Positions 10,160-21,371 are shown, numbered from the stretch's first letter. The stretch is 64,000 nucleotides of DNA from Candidatus Moranbacteria bacterium GW2011_GWE2_35_2- (GCA_000990585.1 LBQD01000002.1:184016-248015), one strand, 5' to 3'. The notes: generated by a model from the sequence alone, not told the origin. Program-made: numbers and translations.

Positions 10160-10822
10160 GTGAAATTTAGTAATAAAGAAAAAGAGGGAATAAAATCTTC
10201 TTTGGGTTGTGAAGGAAATTGTTTTTTAATTTTTACGATGACTCTCACTGTGGTTTTTTTATTAGTGGTTGCCTTTGCATTGTATGAAATTAAGGAGATG
10301 TTAGGAATTCATTTGATTGAAGATGAGAGAAAATATGAAACAGTTAGTGTTAATAATGATAACAGTGCTAATGTTAAATGGAATTTTTTTCAAGACAAAA
10401 ATAAGGATTTCAAGATTTACTATCCGGCTGATTGGATTATGGAAAAAAACAGTGAAAATTCAATTGTTTTAAAGAGAATTCAAGCAGAAGAAATCGGAGA
10501 TTATAAAATGGAATCAATGCTTCTGCGTCTTTCTGTTGATTATTTAAAAAAAGATGAAAATGAAAGTTTGGATGAATTTGTGGCGAAAAATAAAAAAGAT
10601 GGCGATCAATACGAGGTGGTTGTTCCAGGTAAAGATGAAATAAATATAGAAGGGATGGCTATTAATAATTCCATTCCATTTGAATTGCATTGTTTTGACG
10701 GAGATAGTGCGGTTTTGTGTCTCAAAGTTGATTATTATCGAGTCGGAAACACGGAAAAATGTCGCGATACATTCAGGGAAATTGTAGCAAAAGTTGAAAT
10801 AAATAAAGAAAATAAGGAGTAA
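10160..10822 (+). CDS. Hypothetical membrane-anchored protein (PsbP-like domain)
   Basis: TM plus FKIYYPADW motif; sits between lemA and htpX. Confidence 0.55.
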   Translation: MKFSNKEKEGIKSSLGCEGNCFLIFTMTLTVVFLLVVAFALYEIKEMLGIHLIEDERKYETVSVNNDNSANVKWNFFQDKNKDFKIYYPADWIMEKNSENSIVLKRIQAEEIGDYKMESMLLRLSVDYLKKDENESLDEFVAKNKKDGDQYEVVVPGKDEINIEGMAINNSIPFELHCFDGDSAVLCLKVDYYRVGNTEKCRDTFREIVAKVEINKENKE

Positions 10823-10826
10823 AAAA

Positions 10827-11714
10827 ATGGCAACATTGTATACGCAAGCCGATCGAAATATAAGACTTACCTGGTTGTATATAACCGGTTTTTTGATATT
10901 CGTAATTGGTGTTGGTTATGTTTTTGCCGGGGCGATGGGGAATAGTACGATTTTGTATGGTGCGGTGATTTTCTCGGTAGTGATGAGCTTCGGATCATAT
11001 TGGTGGAGCGACAAAATCGTTTTGGCGATGAGCGAGGCAAAGGAATTGACCCATGACAACAATCGGGAAATATACCATCTGGTGGAAAATCTCTGCATTA
11101 CCGCCGGCCTTCCTGTTCCCAAGATTTATATCATCCAAGACAGCGCGCCGAACGCTTTCGCGACCGGGCGCGATCCCAAGCACGGGGTTATTTGCCTGAC
11201 GACTGGGATCGTTGAAAAATTAGAAAAGACCGAATTGGAGGGTGTAATCGCGCACGAACTTTCGCATATCGGGAACCGGGATATTCTGCTTTCCACGGTG
11301 GTCGTGATTTTGGTAGGCTTCGTTACGCTTTTGGCGGATTGGTTCCGGCACTGGGCGTTTTTCGGCAGGCGTGGAAGTGATCGCGAAGGTGGTGGGCAAT
11401 TGCAGATTATCCTGATGGTTGCGGCGATTGCGCTTTCGATTTTGGCTCCGATCGCGGCGGTGTTGATGCAATTGGCGATTTCTCGAAAAAGGGAATTTTT
11501 GGCGGATGCCTCCGCAGCCATTCTGACGCGCTATCCGGACGGATTGGCACGCGCTCTGGAAAAGATTTCCGCCGATCAAGAACCGCTGGAAGCCGCTAAC
11601 CGGGCTACGGCGCATCTGTATATCGCCAATCCCTTTAAAAGAAAGAAAGTTTCAAAACTGTTTATGACTCATCCGCCGATCGAAGAAAGAGTTAAGGCGT
11701 TGCGAAATATGTAA
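10827..11714 (+). CDS. htpX: Zinc metalloprotease HtpX (M48)
   Basis: PNAFATG, HELSH, SRKREFLAD, THPP. Confidence 0.95.
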   Translation: MATLYTQADRNIRLTWLYITGFLIFVIGVGYVFAGAMGNSTILYGAVIFSVVMSFGSYWWSDKIVLAMSEAKELTHDNNREIYHLVENLCITAGLPVPKIYIIQDSAPNAFATGRDPKHGVICLTTGIVEKLEKTELEGVIAHELSHIGNRDILLSTVVVILVGFVTLLADWFRHWAFFGRRGSDREGGGQLQIILMVAAIALSILAPIAAVLMQLAISRKREFLADASAAILTRYPDGLARALEKISADQEPLEAANRATAHLYIANPFKRKKVSKLFMTHPPIEERVKALRNM

Positions 11715-11739
11715 ATATTATTTGCTTGCAATATAATTT

Positions 11740-12174
11740 ATGGAAAGAGAAAAAATAATTCAACCGGAGAAGGCGGAAAACCTCTCGGATGAATTGATAA
11801 GAACCATTTTTGGAAGTACGGATAATTTCAAACAAAGAATAAAACAGGCAACAAAAGAATTGAAAGAAAACGGAACGGAGATGTCCGAGTGTGATTTTGC
11901 AAGATATGTTATTGGAAATGGAAATGCCAATGAATTATCTGAAAAAGAATTTGCAATGATAAAAAGGGAAATAAAAAAAGTGATTAAAGATGCAGACAAG
12001 GGGGATAAGATAAAAAAAATAAGCAAGGGAGGCAGAAAATTATCTTTGCATATTGGGAGAGGGGAGGAAATAGCTACGGATGAAATGGAAAAAGAAGCGA
12101 GGATAAAAGAGGAAAACGAGGAATTGACAGAAACGGGGTTTGATCCGGAAGAAATTCGAAAAGAATTAAAGTAA
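11740..12174 (+). CDS. Hypothetical protein
   Basis: 144-aa charged ORF filling intergenic space. Confidence 0.6.
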   Translation: MEREKIIQPEKAENLSDELIRTIFGSTDNFKQRIKQATKELKENGTEMSECDFARYVIGNGNANELSEKEFAMIKREIKKVIKDADKGDKIKKISKGGRKLSLHIGRGEEIATDEMEKEARIKEENEELTETGFDPEEIRKELK

Positions 12175-12252
12175 GATATTTTCGAAAAAAATAAAAAAAC
12201 GAGTCCGATGTAGGGGCTCGTTATTTTAGTAAGAAAGATACTTTCATCTAGA

Positions 12253-12636
12253 TTACCAATAGTCGATCATATTACTGATTTCTTTTCTTTGATTCTTGGA
12301 AAATTTTTGAAGGAAATCTTTTTTGACACGTAATGCTCTGTTTAAAGCTAGATTTCCTTTAATAACAATAAAAATCAAAACAGCAATTAACATCAAGAGA
12401 TAATATTCATATCTGAATGTTAAAAAACCCTTAATTTGCAAAAACATTGCAATAAGAGTTAATAGAAGAGAAAGAATTAATGTATAAATACAAAAACGAT
12501 GAAAGTTTTTTCTTGGTTGGAAATCCGAGTGGTTTTCTCGAAATTCCAAAAAATCATTGTTGAGTAGATTTTTGTGTTTCAGATATTTTAAATATCCATC
12601 TTGGATATTGCAAAAGTTTTTATCTGATTTTTCCAT
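12253..12636 (-). CDS. Hypothetical two-TM protein
   Basis: AAGGAG SD, two hydrophobic segments. Confidence 0.6.
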   Translation of the reverse strand: MEKSDKNFCNIQDGYLKYLKHKNLLNNDFLEFRENHSDFQPRKNFHRFCIYTLILSLLLTLIAMFLQIKGFLTFRYEYYLLMLIAVLIFIVIKGNLALNRALRVKKDFLQKFSKNQRKEISNMIDYW

Positions 12637-12721
12637 GAACTTTCTCCTTGTTATTATGTTAAATTACTATACGATTTGTGTTATTATTAGGGTAGTTTAA
12701 TATTTGCTATTTGTAAAGGCT

Positions 12722-13153
12722 ATGCAATTTAAGATACCTCGGGATAATGACAAATATCAGTGGACGGCGCATTCGGTGATGAAGATGCGGCAGTATGGGC
12801 TGAGCGCCCAGCGGATTTTGCGCGTGGTGCGCGCTCCGCACAGAAAGGAAGAAGGAATTGTGAAAAAAACCGTTGCCGTGATGCAACCGGTTTCATTTAA
12901 GACTGATAAGGAAGGTAAGCGTACTTGGGGAAGTGAGATTTGGGTGATGTATCAACTAAAAAGAATTAAGAATAAAGAATTAGGAATTAAGGATAATAAT
13001 TCAAAGAAAAATATTCTCAATTCTCAATTCTCAATTCTCAATTCTGCGAGTCAGAAAATTCGCATAATAAGCGCTTGGAAATATCCCGGGGTAAGTCCGA
13101 AAAACAACCCTGTTCCGGAAGATATTTTGCGGGAATTGGAGGATATTGTGTAA
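12722..13153 (+). CDS. Hypothetical protein (DUF4258/BrnT-like signature) with heptamer-repeat insertion
   Basis: WTAHSVMKMRQYGLS...IRIISAW; low-complexity insert KNKELGIK/NSQFSILNS. Confidence 0.6.
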   Translation: MQFKIPRDNDKYQWTAHSVMKMRQYGLSAQRILRVVRAPHRKEEGIVKKTVAVMQPVSFKTDKEGKRTWGSEIWVMYQLKRIKNKELGIKDNNSKKNILNSQFSILNSASQKIRIISAWKYPGVSPKNNPVPEDILRELEDIV

Positions 13154-13226
13154 TTTTTATTGTCGTGATAAAATAAAATAAATAGATAATAGTTTATTTA
13201 ATATAAGCATTAATGACAATAAAAAT

Positions 13227-13646
13227 ATGGAAGAATTAAAAAATGCCAATAATGATGAAAAGCAAACAGGAGTAGAAGATAAAAAAGAGGATTTTCAATC
13301 AAATGAAGACATTAAAAAATCTTCAAACGAGAATAAAGGAGCAGAAACGGGCAATGATTCTCAGGAAAATAAAGCGATCGCTTTATTGAGTTATATCTCA
13401 ATTCTTTTTCTGATTCCTCTTTTATTAAAAAAAAGCAGTGCTTTTTGTCAATTTCATGCGAAGCAAGGTATGGTTTTGTTTATTGTTGAAGTTGTCGGAT
13501 GGTTTCTAACTCCATTTTTCGGATTGGGAGTTTTGGTTAATCTTTTTGCGCTGATTCTGATGATTATGGGAATTATTAATGTGCTTAATAATGAAACAAA
13601 GAAGCTTCCTTTGATTGGCGATTTTGCGGATAAGTTTAACTTGTAG
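13227..13646 (+). CDS. DUF4870-like membrane protein
   Basis: ALLSY...FHAKQG...LPLIG. Confidence 0.8.
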   Translation: MEELKNANNDEKQTGVEDKKEDFQSNEDIKKSSNENKGAETGNDSQENKAIALLSYISILFLIPLLLKKSSAFCQFHAKQGMVLFIVEVVGWFLTPFFGLGVLVNLFALILMIMGIINVLNNETKKLPLIGDFADKFNL

Positions 13647-13748
13647 ATCTGGTTATTTTTTGCAATAAATCTTTCAAAGCAGGCGGTTTTTAGAAAGTTG
13701 CCTGTTTTGATTTAGAGAGAAGTGCGATAAAATCAAAATAGAAAAAAT

Positions 13749-15200
13749 ATGCAAATTGAAGAAATATCCCGTTCATACAACAAAAAAACAAAAATAGTAG
13801 CAACAATTGGGCCAGCATCTGAGTCTGAAGAAAAATTGGAAAAAATGATAAAAGCGGGGATGAATGTCGCTCGGCTTAATTTTTCTCATGGGACGCACGA
13901 ATGGCATGGAAAAATAATTAAGAGAATTAGAAAAATTTGCGCAAAACTAAATGCCAACATTGGAATTCTGGCTGATTTACAAGGTCCGCGTATTCGCGTA
14001 CAAACAAATGGCGATATTGATGCAAAAAGAGGAAAAGAAATTTTAGTGAGCGATGTTCGTTATCGTAAGGTGGTTTCCGATATGTCTGCGAGCATATTTT
14101 TCTTGGATCATCCCGGAATTATCGATGGGATTAAAGAAGGGAATGAAATTTTAGTGGAAGATGGATTGATAAAAGTCAAAGTGATAAAAAAAGAGAAGAA
14201 TTTTTTGCGAACAAAAGTTATTGATGGAGGAATGATCAAAAATCGTAAAGGAGTAAATATTCCGGATGCCCAATTGAATATTGGAGTAATAACTAAAAAA
14301 GATGATTTGGATTTGAAATTTTCTCTTGAAAACGGAGTGGATTTCGTTGCTCTTTCATTTGTCAGCAGCGCGAAAGATATTTTAGATTTGAGAAAAAAGA
14401 TGAAACGTATTTTAGGAAAAAAAGATAGTCCTCAGATTATTGCAAAAATAGAAAGAAAAGAAGCGATTAAAAATCTGGATGAAATAATTGAACAAACCGA
14501 TATAGTAATGGTAGCACGCGGAGATTTGGGGATTGAATTAGATCCGAGCAAGGTAGTGATTTGGCAGAAAGAAATAATCAAAAAGAGTCTCAAGAAAGCC
14601 AAGCCAGTAATTGTGGCAACACAAATGCTTAATAGTATGATTGAAAATCCTCGTCCAACCAGAGCGGAAGTAAGTGATGTTTCAAATGCGGTAATCGATC
14701 ATACGGATGCGGTGATGCTCAGCGGTGAATCTGCCAGTGGAAAATATCCGATTGAAAGCGTGAAAATGATGACAGAAATCATTAAAAATACGGAAGAATC
14801 GCCTTTTGATGACGTATATAAATATATGGATTTGCATATTACCACTGAATATGCGACAGTGGTTCGCAGCGCCTATGAAATTGCTAAAAGTTATGATGTG
14901 AAAGCGATTGTGATGATAAGTCTTAGTGGATTTACAGCTAGGCTGGTTTCCCATTTTCGCCCTGATCAAAATATTTTGGTTGTGACGAATAATACTAAAA
15001 CTTTCAATCAATTTTCTTTAGTTTGGGGGATAAGTGGTTATCTTTTTGAAGGCGATGAAAAATTGGAAACTTTAATTGATAAGATGCTTGTCAAAGCAAA
15101 AAAAGAAAAGTGCGTGAATGCCGGTGACAATGTGGTGGTAATTGTCGGTAGAGATTGTAGCGGAAATAAAATGCGTCTAGTTGGAATTCGTAGAGCTTGA
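13749..15200 (+). CDS. pyk: Pyruvate kinase
   Basis: TKIVATIGPAS, ARLNFSHG, MVARGDLG, ATQML.SM..NPRPTRAE. Confidence 0.97.
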   Translation: MQIEEISRSYNKKTKIVATIGPASESEEKLEKMIKAGMNVARLNFSHGTHEWHGKIIKRIRKICAKLNANIGILADLQGPRIRVQTNGDIDAKRGKEILVSDVRYRKVVSDMSASIFFLDHPGIIDGIKEGNEILVEDGLIKVKVIKKEKNFLRTKVIDGGMIKNRKGVNIPDAQLNIGVITKKDDLDLKFSLENGVDFVALSFVSSAKDILDLRKKMKRILGKKDSPQIIAKIERKEAIKNLDEIIEQTDIVMVARGDLGIELDPSKVVIWQKEIIKKSLKKAKPVIVATQMLNSMIENPRPTRAEVSDVSNAVIDHTDAVMLSGESASGKYPIESVKMMTEIIKNTEESPFDDVYKYMDLHITTEYATVVRSAYEIAKSYDVKAIVMISLSGFTARLVSHFRPDQNILVVTNNTKTFNQFSLVWGISGYLFEGDEKLETLIDKMLVKAKKEKCVNAGDNVVVIVGRDCSGNKMRLVGIRRA

Positions 15201-15279
15201 CTTTTGGTTATAAATAAGTATTATTAACTCTGATTAGCGAGGGTATAATTTAGTTATTGTTTTTGCGCGCATAAAAAAA

Positions 15280-15364
15280 GGAGAGGTGGCCGAGCGGTTT
15301 AAGGCGCACGCTTGGAAAGCGTGTTGAGGGAAACTTCACGCAGGTTCAAATCCTGTCTTCTCCG
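15280..15364 (+). tRNA. tRNA-Ser(GGA)
   Basis: Acceptor GGAGAGG/CTTCTCC, anticodon arm CACGC-TTGGAAA-GCGTG, long variable arm, GGTTCAAATCC; CCA not encoded. Confidence 0.95.
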
Positions 15365-15365
15365 C

Positions 15366-17159
15366 ATGAATTCCAATACTGAAGAAATTAAGGCGAGGGT
15401 AAATATTGTCGATTTTATCGGTGGATATGTTCGCTTGCAAAAAGCCGGCTCAAGTTGGAAAGCTTGTTGCCCTTTTCATAATGAAAAAACACCTTCGTTT
15501 GTCGTTAATGAGGAAAAACAATTTTGGCATTGTTTCGGTTGTGGAAAAAGCGGAGACATCTTCACTTTTTTGATGGAAATGGAAGGAATCGATTTTCGTG
15601 AAGCACTTAAGGTTTTGGCCGATAGGGCGGGAGTGGAGCTTCCGGAATATAATCCGCAAAAAGAAAAAGAAAAAAATCGAGGTGCGGATATTTTGGAACT
15701 TTCCGCAAAATTTTATGAAAAACAACTTTGGGAAGGAATGGGAAAAGTAAAAACATTTGAATATTTGAGGCAAAGAGGATTGAAAGATGAAATAATTAAA
15801 GAATTTCGTTTGGGATATGCTCCTGACGGATGGCGGAATTTGCTGGATTTTTTGCTTAGTCGGGGCTATAGAATGGAAGAAATTTCCAAAACCGGAGTAG
15901 TAGTTATTAAACAAGATAATTCGCAGCGTTTTTATGACCGCTTTAGAAACAGGATTATTTTTCCCATTGCCGACGCAATGGGAAAAATTGTTGGTTTTAC
16001 GGCGAGAGTGGCTCCAGGAGACGATGAATCGCAGGCAAAATATGTAAATACTCCAGAATCGGAGTTTTATCACAAAAGTCGGATTTTATATGGAATTGAT
16101 AAAGCTAAGGGAGAAATAAAAAGCAAAGATCGAGCGATTTTAGTAGAGGGGAATATGGATGTTATTGCTTCGTATCAAGCCGGAATAAAAAATACGATTG
16201 CAGTTTCCGGTACGGCGCTCACGCAGCAACAAATAGATATCATTAAGCGTTACACGAAAAACTTATACTTGTTTTTTGATGCTGATACGGCTGGTCGGCA
16301 GGCGGCGGTGCGAAGTTGTGAGATGGCTTTTGCAAATGATTTGAATGTTTTTATTATCGAACCTTCCGAAGGAAAGGACGCAGCTGACATTGCGCAGAAA
16401 AACCCCGCTGATTTGTTGAAATTGACAGAAGAAGCTGTTGAGGCGATGGAATATTTTTTGCAAAAATTTTTCAAAAAATATAATCCGGAAAACATTATTG
16501 AAAAGAAGAAAATTGTTCAGGATTTTGTTGCGCTGATAATTAATTTTCCCAAAGAAATCGATCGTCAACATTGGGGAAAAAAATTGGCCGAGCGGCTGGG
16601 TATTAATGAAAAAGTTATTTATGAAGAAATATCTTTAGCGAGTAACAGAGCGAATGTATATCCAAAAACAAAATTACGACAAGAAGCGGGTGTTTTTTCC
16701 AAAACAGAAAAAAGAAGTACTGTTATCGGAGAAAAAATATTTTCCTTATTTTTTGGAAATGAGGATGTTTGGAGAATGGCGGAAGAGAAACGTGGAAAGG
16801 AAATAGCGGAATATTTTGCGGATAATGTTTTTTTTGCAAATATTTTATCGCTGGGCAGAGAAAATGATTTTAAATTTGATAAATTTGAATTATTGATTGA
16901 TGATGAAAAAGAGCGGAAATTTTTAAGGAAAATGAAATTTTCAAGCGCTGAAGAGAATATTAATAAAGGCAATGACGTGCTATTTGACGAGGAATGGAAA
17001 TATTTCGAACAATTGATGGAGGAATTGAAAAAAGAAAAAAAGAAGGAATATGTCGATTTTTTGGTCAAAGAGATTGCGTTGGCTGAAAAAGATGGGGATA
17101 AAGAGAGAGTAAAAAAAATAGCGCAGAAATTGTCAGAGTTGTCTCGGGAAGATAAATAA
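15366..17159 (+). CDS. dnaG: DNA primase
   Basis: CPFH.EKTPSF...HCFGC zinc finger, KYVNTPES, VEGNMDV, DADTAG Toprim; start at ATG 15366 after the tRNA. Confidence 0.96.
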   Translation: MNSNTEEIKARVNIVDFIGGYVRLQKAGSSWKACCPFHNEKTPSFVVNEEKQFWHCFGCGKSGDIFTFLMEMEGIDFREALKVLADRAGVELPEYNPQKEKEKNRGADILELSAKFYEKQLWEGMGKVKTFEYLRQRGLKDEIIKEFRLGYAPDGWRNLLDFLLSRGYRMEEISKTGVVVIKQDNSQRFYDRFRNRIIFPIADAMGKIVGFTARVAPGDDESQAKYVNTPESEFYHKSRILYGIDKAKGEIKSKDRAILVEGNMDVIASYQAGIKNTIAVSGTALTQQQIDIIKRYTKNLYLFFDADTAGRQAAVRSCEMAFANDLNVFIIEPSEGKDAADIAQKNPADLLKLTEEAVEAMEYFLQKFFKKYNPENIIEKKKIVQDFVALIINFPKEIDRQHWGKKLAERLGINEKVIYEEISLASNRANVYPKTKLRQEAGVFSKTEKRSTVIGEKIFSLFFGNEDVWRMAEEKRGKEIAEYFADNVFFANILSLGRENDFKFDKFELLIDDEKERKFLRKMKFSSAEENINKGNDVLFDEEWKYFEQLMEELKKEKKKEYVDFLVKEIALAEKDGDKERVKKIAQKLSELSREDK

Positions 17160-17239
17160 AATATTGTTTTTGAAGTAAAAGTAGTATAAAATTAGTAGCA
17201 GAAAAACCTTTCAGTTCTTAATGTAAAAATATATAAGTT

Positions 17240-18589
17240 ATGAGCAAGACAACTAAGAAAAAAAGTAAAATAAAGAAGACTAAAAAAACAATGCCTAAAA
17301 AGTTGACAAGCAAAGTTGCAAAGAAGCAAAAGGCAAGGGTTGGGCAAAAAAAGCGCAATGTTAAGAAAATAAAGAAAATTGCAAATAAAAAGAAGTCTAC
17401 TGCAAAAAAGATGGTAAGGAAAACCGGCGGTTTGTTGCGTGCGAAAAAAACAACCGGTAAATCGGCAAAATTAAAACAGTCGCAATCAAAAAAAGAAAAT
17501 TTATTGGAAGAACTTGTATCTCGAGGGAAAATTAGAGGGTTTATAACCGAGGATGAAATTATTCATATAATTCCGGAAATAGAAAAAGATTTGGATGATC
17601 TGGAGAATTTATACGAAAAATTGGAAACCAACGGAATTAGAGTGGTGGGATCGGGCGAAATGATAAAGATGGAAGTGGACGCGACAGCAGAAAACTTCGA
17701 GAAAGAAAAAAATAGAAAAGAAAAAGAAAGACAGACGATAATTAACGAGGGAGAAGCTAATTCTTCCGATTCAGTACAAATGTATTTGAAAGAAATTGGA
17801 AGAGTTCCATTGCTTAAGACTGAGGATGAAATTCGTTTGGCGAAATTGAACGAAAAAGGTGATTTGGCCGCTAAAAAACAGCTTACAGAAGCTAATTTGC
17901 GGTTGGTGGTAAGTATTGCTAAAAAATATGTAGGGCGTTCGCATAATTTGGGCCTCTTGGATTTGATTCAGGAAGGAAATATTGGATTGTTTCGGGCGGT
18001 CGAAAAATTCGATTATCGTAAGGGGTATAAATTTTCCACTTATGCGACTTGGTGGATTCGTCAGGCGATTACGCGTGCGCTGGCCGATCAATCCAGAACA
18101 ATTCGTATTCCGGTGCATATGGTGGAGACTATCAATAAATATATTCAAATAACGCGCCGCCTTGTTCAGGAATTGGGACGCGAACCTTTGGCGGAAGAAA
18201 TTGCAGCAGAAATGGATATGGAAGTGGATAAAATCAGGCATATACAAAAAATTTCGCAAGAAACCGTTTCCTTGGAAACCTCAGTTGGAGATAGTGATGA
18301 TGAAAGTGTATTAGGTGATTTTATCGAGGATACAGAAACAATTATGCCTAATCAGGCGGCTTCAAGAAAATTACTTACCGGTCATGTTGTTGAAGTTCTT
18401 AGTGAGCTTACTCCGCGTGAGCAAAAAATTCTCAAAATTCGTTTTGGATTGGAAGATGGAGTGACTCATACATTGGAAGAAGTCGGGCAGGAATTCGGAG
18501 TAACGCGAGAACGTATTCGTCAAATCGAAGCCAAGGCTTTGGAGAAAATTCGTGATCATTCCGGAGTAGGTAAGTTGAGAGATTATTAG
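17240..18589 (+). CDS. rpoD: RNA polymerase sigma factor RpoD with Lys-rich N-terminal extension
   Basis: [37 protein letters not shown]. Confidence 0.97.
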   Translation: MSKTTKKKSKIKKTKKTMPKKLTSKVAKKQKARVGQKKRNVKKIKKIANKKKSTAKKMVRKTGGLLRAKKTTGKSAKLKQSQSKKENLLEELVSRGKIRGFITEDEIIHIIPEIEKDLDDLENLYEKLETNGIRVVGSGEMIKMEVDATAENFEKEKNRKEKERQTIINEGEANSSDSVQMYLKEIGRVPLLKTEDEIRLAKLNEKGDLAAKKQLTEANLRLVVSIAKKYVGRSHNLGLLDLIQEGNIGLFRAVEKFDYRKGYKFSTYATWWIRQAITRALADQSRTIRIPVHMVETINKYIQITRRLVQELGREPLAEEIAAEMDMEVDKIRHIQKISQETVSLETSVGDSDDESVLGDFIEDTETIMPNQAASRKLLTGHVVEVLSELTPREQKILKIRFGLEDGVTHTLEEVGQEFGVTRERIRQIEAKALEKIRDHSGVGKLRDY

Positions 18590-18597
18590 AATTTTTT

Positions 18598-18654
18598 TAA
18601 AATAGATAAATACAAAAAAGACACAATGTGTCTTTTTTGTATTTATCTATTTTA
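18598..18654. terminator. Bidirectional terminator (28-bp perfect inverted repeat)
   Basis: TAAAATAGATAAATACAAAAAAGACACA-A-TGTGTCTTTTTTGTATTTATCTATTTTA between convergent genes. Confidence 0.85.
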
Positions 18655-19930
18655 GTAGTGAGTTGTATTTTTCTTTTATTTTTTCAAATTCTGGCATTTT
18701 GTCCGCGTTGAGTATGTTTCCTTTGGGAAGATTTAGCGCCATCGGATTGATCGGATTTCCATTAAGACGCATTCCATAGTCAAGATGCGGTCCGGTCGAC
18801 CAGCCAGTGGAACCGACATAGCCGATTATTTGACCTTGAGAAACTTGCGCGCCGGATTTTATTCCTTTACCGAAGGCGCTGAGATGTCCGTAATGGGTAG
18901 TATATCCATTGGCGTGACGGAGTCGGACTATATTTCCCCAGCCACTTTCCCAACCGGCACTGACAACATCTCCACGAGCAGTGGCGACAACCGGAGTTCC
19001 GGTAGGGGCGGCGTAGTCAATTTGATAGTGAGCGCTCACGGTTTTGGTGATAGGATGAACCCTGGCTCCGGTGTAGCCGGAGGTTATTTGGCGATAACTG
19101 AGCGGAGCGCGCAGAAATTGGCGAACTAGAAAATGTCCTTCGCTATCATAATGTCCATCATCTTCGCCGCCGTTAAAATAATATCCATAGTAATCATTTC
19201 CGGCGTTTGTGAATTTTGCCGCCAAAACTTTTCCGTCCGAAGCTTCTCTTCCATCTCGGATTCTTTTTTCATAAACAATGATAAAACTGTCTCCTTGGCG
19301 AATTTCTGTGGTAAAATCTATGTCAAAAGAAAAGATATCGGCAATTTCCAAAATGGTGGATTCGCTTATTCCGGCATTGAGCGCATCAATGTATAAAAAA
19401 TTATCAATATTTACTCGGGAGGTTTTTTGAGAGATTTCATATTTGATTTCTTCTTCGTGAACTTCAAAAGAATCTCCATTTTTTTGGGCGACAATCATTG
19501 TCTCCGTGTTGCGGTCATATTCAATACGGGTAGCACAATTATTCTTATTGTCAAAATAAAAACGAATATTCTTTCCGATTTTGATGTTTGTGAAATCGTA
19601 AGTATCTTTCGAAGCTGTCAAAAGGGCAATGATATCATTGGCATCCAACTTTCCGTGTTCGCTAAAAACTTCCGCTGGAATATCTCCCTCGGAAATAGTG
19701 TGGATTATTGGAGCTTTTTCTTGTTTCTCCGCGGGCGAAGCATTTTCTATAACCGCATCGTTCGGAGAAATGGAGGATTCCAGGGTGATTTCTTTTGAAC
19801 TGGAAAATTTGTCAAACAAGAGATAGATGGCACAAATAAAAAAAATACCAAGCAATAGTTTGAATTTGTGTTTGTTTTTTGCAGGTTTTTCCGATTGCAA
19901 AAATACTTTTTTGTTGTTATATATTTTCAT
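18647..19930 (-). CDS. M23 family peptidoglycan endopeptidase (MepM/Csd3-like)
   Basis: HYQIDYAAP.GTPV, YGHLS, STGPHL. Confidence 0.9.
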   Translation of the reverse strand: MKIYNNKKVFLQSEKPAKNKHKFKLLLGIFFICAIYLLFDKFSSSKEITLESSISPNDAVIENASPAEKQEKAPIIHTISEGDIPAEVFSEHGKLDANDIIALLTASKDTYDFTNIKIGKNIRFYFDNKNNCATRIEYDRNTETMIVAQKNGDSFEVHEEEIKYEISQKTSRVNIDNFLYIDALNAGISESTILEIADIFSFDIDFTTEIRQGDSFIIVYEKRIRDGREASDGKVLAAKFTNAGNDYYGYYFNGGEDDGHYDSEGHFLVRQFLRAPLSYRQITSGYTGARVHPITKTVSAHYQIDYAAPTGTPVVATARGDVVSAGWESGWGNIVRLRHANGYTTHYGHLSAFGKGIKSGAQVSQGQIIGYVGSTGWSTGPHLDYGMRLNGNPINPMALNLPKGNILNADKMPEFEKIKEKYNSLLK

Positions 19931-20155
19931 TGCTATAAAATACTACGTCTCAATTTCATTCATTATTCATACTGGCATTTTTTTTGGAAATTGACAACCA
20001 AAAATATCCAATCGTGCGGAAAATAAGGTTGCATCTGACATGAAAGAGAACGCGGGGTTGACAAAGTAAACAGGGAGTGATATACTTGACTTTTATGTGA
20101 ATACTTCTTGCGGTATATCAACATAAAACGATTTAATTTTTTATGTTGAAATATC

Positions 20156-21361
20156 ATGTACAACAGAACAAACACACGACAGCCGCGTGCTAATAACGGC
20201 TGGAAAAAAAGACCGTTTCGAAATAATTCTCAATCGAGAAGCAGAAGATTTACGGGAAACACAATAGATATCAGACGCTTTGTTAATAAGGCGGAAAAAG
20301 TGAAAACAGAAGAAATTTTCAAACCAAGGTATTCCTTTGCAGAATTGGAGATTTCCGATGTATTGAAGCGATCCATTATTGGTCGCGGATATAAAACTCC
20401 TACTCCTATTCAAGATAAAGCGATCCCGGTTGTCTTGTCTGGACGAGATGTTATTGGTTTGGCCAATACGGGAACCGGAAAAACAGCAGCTTTTTTGATT
20501 CCGATAATTAACAAAATATTGAATAATCCAGAAGAAAAGGTTCTTATTGTTGTTCCAACAAGAGAATTGGCGATTCAAATAAAGGAAGAATTTTCTTTAT
20601 TCACAAGAGGAATGGGTATTTATTCTGTCGTTGTTGTTGGGGGTGCCAGTATTCAAAGACAGATTATGGAACTGCGATCGCGGCATAACGTGGTAATTGG
20701 AACGCCAGGAAGATTGAAGGATTTGATTGACCGAAAGGTGCTTAATTTATCTCGAGTCGGGAATGTAGTTCTTGATGAGGCCGACAGAATGTTGGATATG
20801 GGATTTATTAATGATGTTAAATTACTTTTATCGCTTGTGGCGAAAGAAAGACAAATAATGCTTTTCTCCGCAACATTTTCAGCGGAAATCGAAAAATTAG
20901 TAAGACAGTTTTTGGTTAACCCAGAACGAATCTCTATTGTAACCAGAGAAACCTCCAAACAAATCGATCAGGATATTGTTCGTGTGGCGGGAGGCGAAGA
21001 TAAAATTGAAGTTTTATGCGGAATGCTTGTTCAAACTCATTTTGAAAAGGTGCTGGTATTTACTCGCACAAAGCATGGAGCGGATAAACTTTGCAAAAGA
21101 CTGTATGAAAAAGGATTGAAATCGGAAGCTATTCATGGTAATAAACCACAAAATAGACGTCAGCGAGCACTTAAAATGTTTAAAGATAGCATGATCAATA
21201 TTCTCGTAGCGACTGATGTTGCAGCTAGGGGATTGGATATTCCCAACGTGAGTCACGTCATTAATTTTGATGTTCCGGCTACGTATGAAGATTATGTGCA
21301 TCGAATTGGACGTACCGGTCGGGCGGATCAAAAAGGAATAGCATTGACTTTTGTTGATTAG
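20156..21361 (+). CDS. DEAD-box RNA helicase
   Basis: TGTGKT, PTRELA, DEAD, SAT, HRIGRTGR. Confidence 0.96.
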   Translation: MYNRTNTRQPRANNGWKKRPFRNNSQSRSRRFTGNTIDIRRFVNKAEKVKTEEIFKPRYSFAELEISDVLKRSIIGRGYKTPTPIQDKAIPVVLSGRDVIGLANTGTGKTAAFLIPIINKILNNPEEKVLIVVPTRELAIQIKEEFSLFTRGMGIYSVVVVGGASIQRQIMELRSRHNVVIGTPGRLKDLIDRKVLNLSRVGNVVLDEADRMLDMGFINDVKLLLSLVAKERQIMLFSATFSAEIEKLVRQFLVNPERISIVTRETSKQIDQDIVRVAGGEDKIEVLCGMLVQTHFEKVLVFTRTKHGADKLCKRLYEKGLKSEAIHGNKPQNRRQRALKMFKDSMINILVATDVAARGLDIPNVSHVINFDVPATYEDYVHRIGRTGRADQKGIALTFVD

Positions 21362-21371
21362 AGTAAGAAAT

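Noticed and set aside
15312-15365. N-terminal extension of DnaG in the ORF track
   Set aside because: It overlaps tRNA-Ser; ATG 15366 gives a normal primase N-terminus.
17240-17500. Lys-rich N-terminus of RpoD as a novel domain
   Set aside because: Low-complexity basic extensions on primary sigma factors are known in several lineages; nothing specific is visible.
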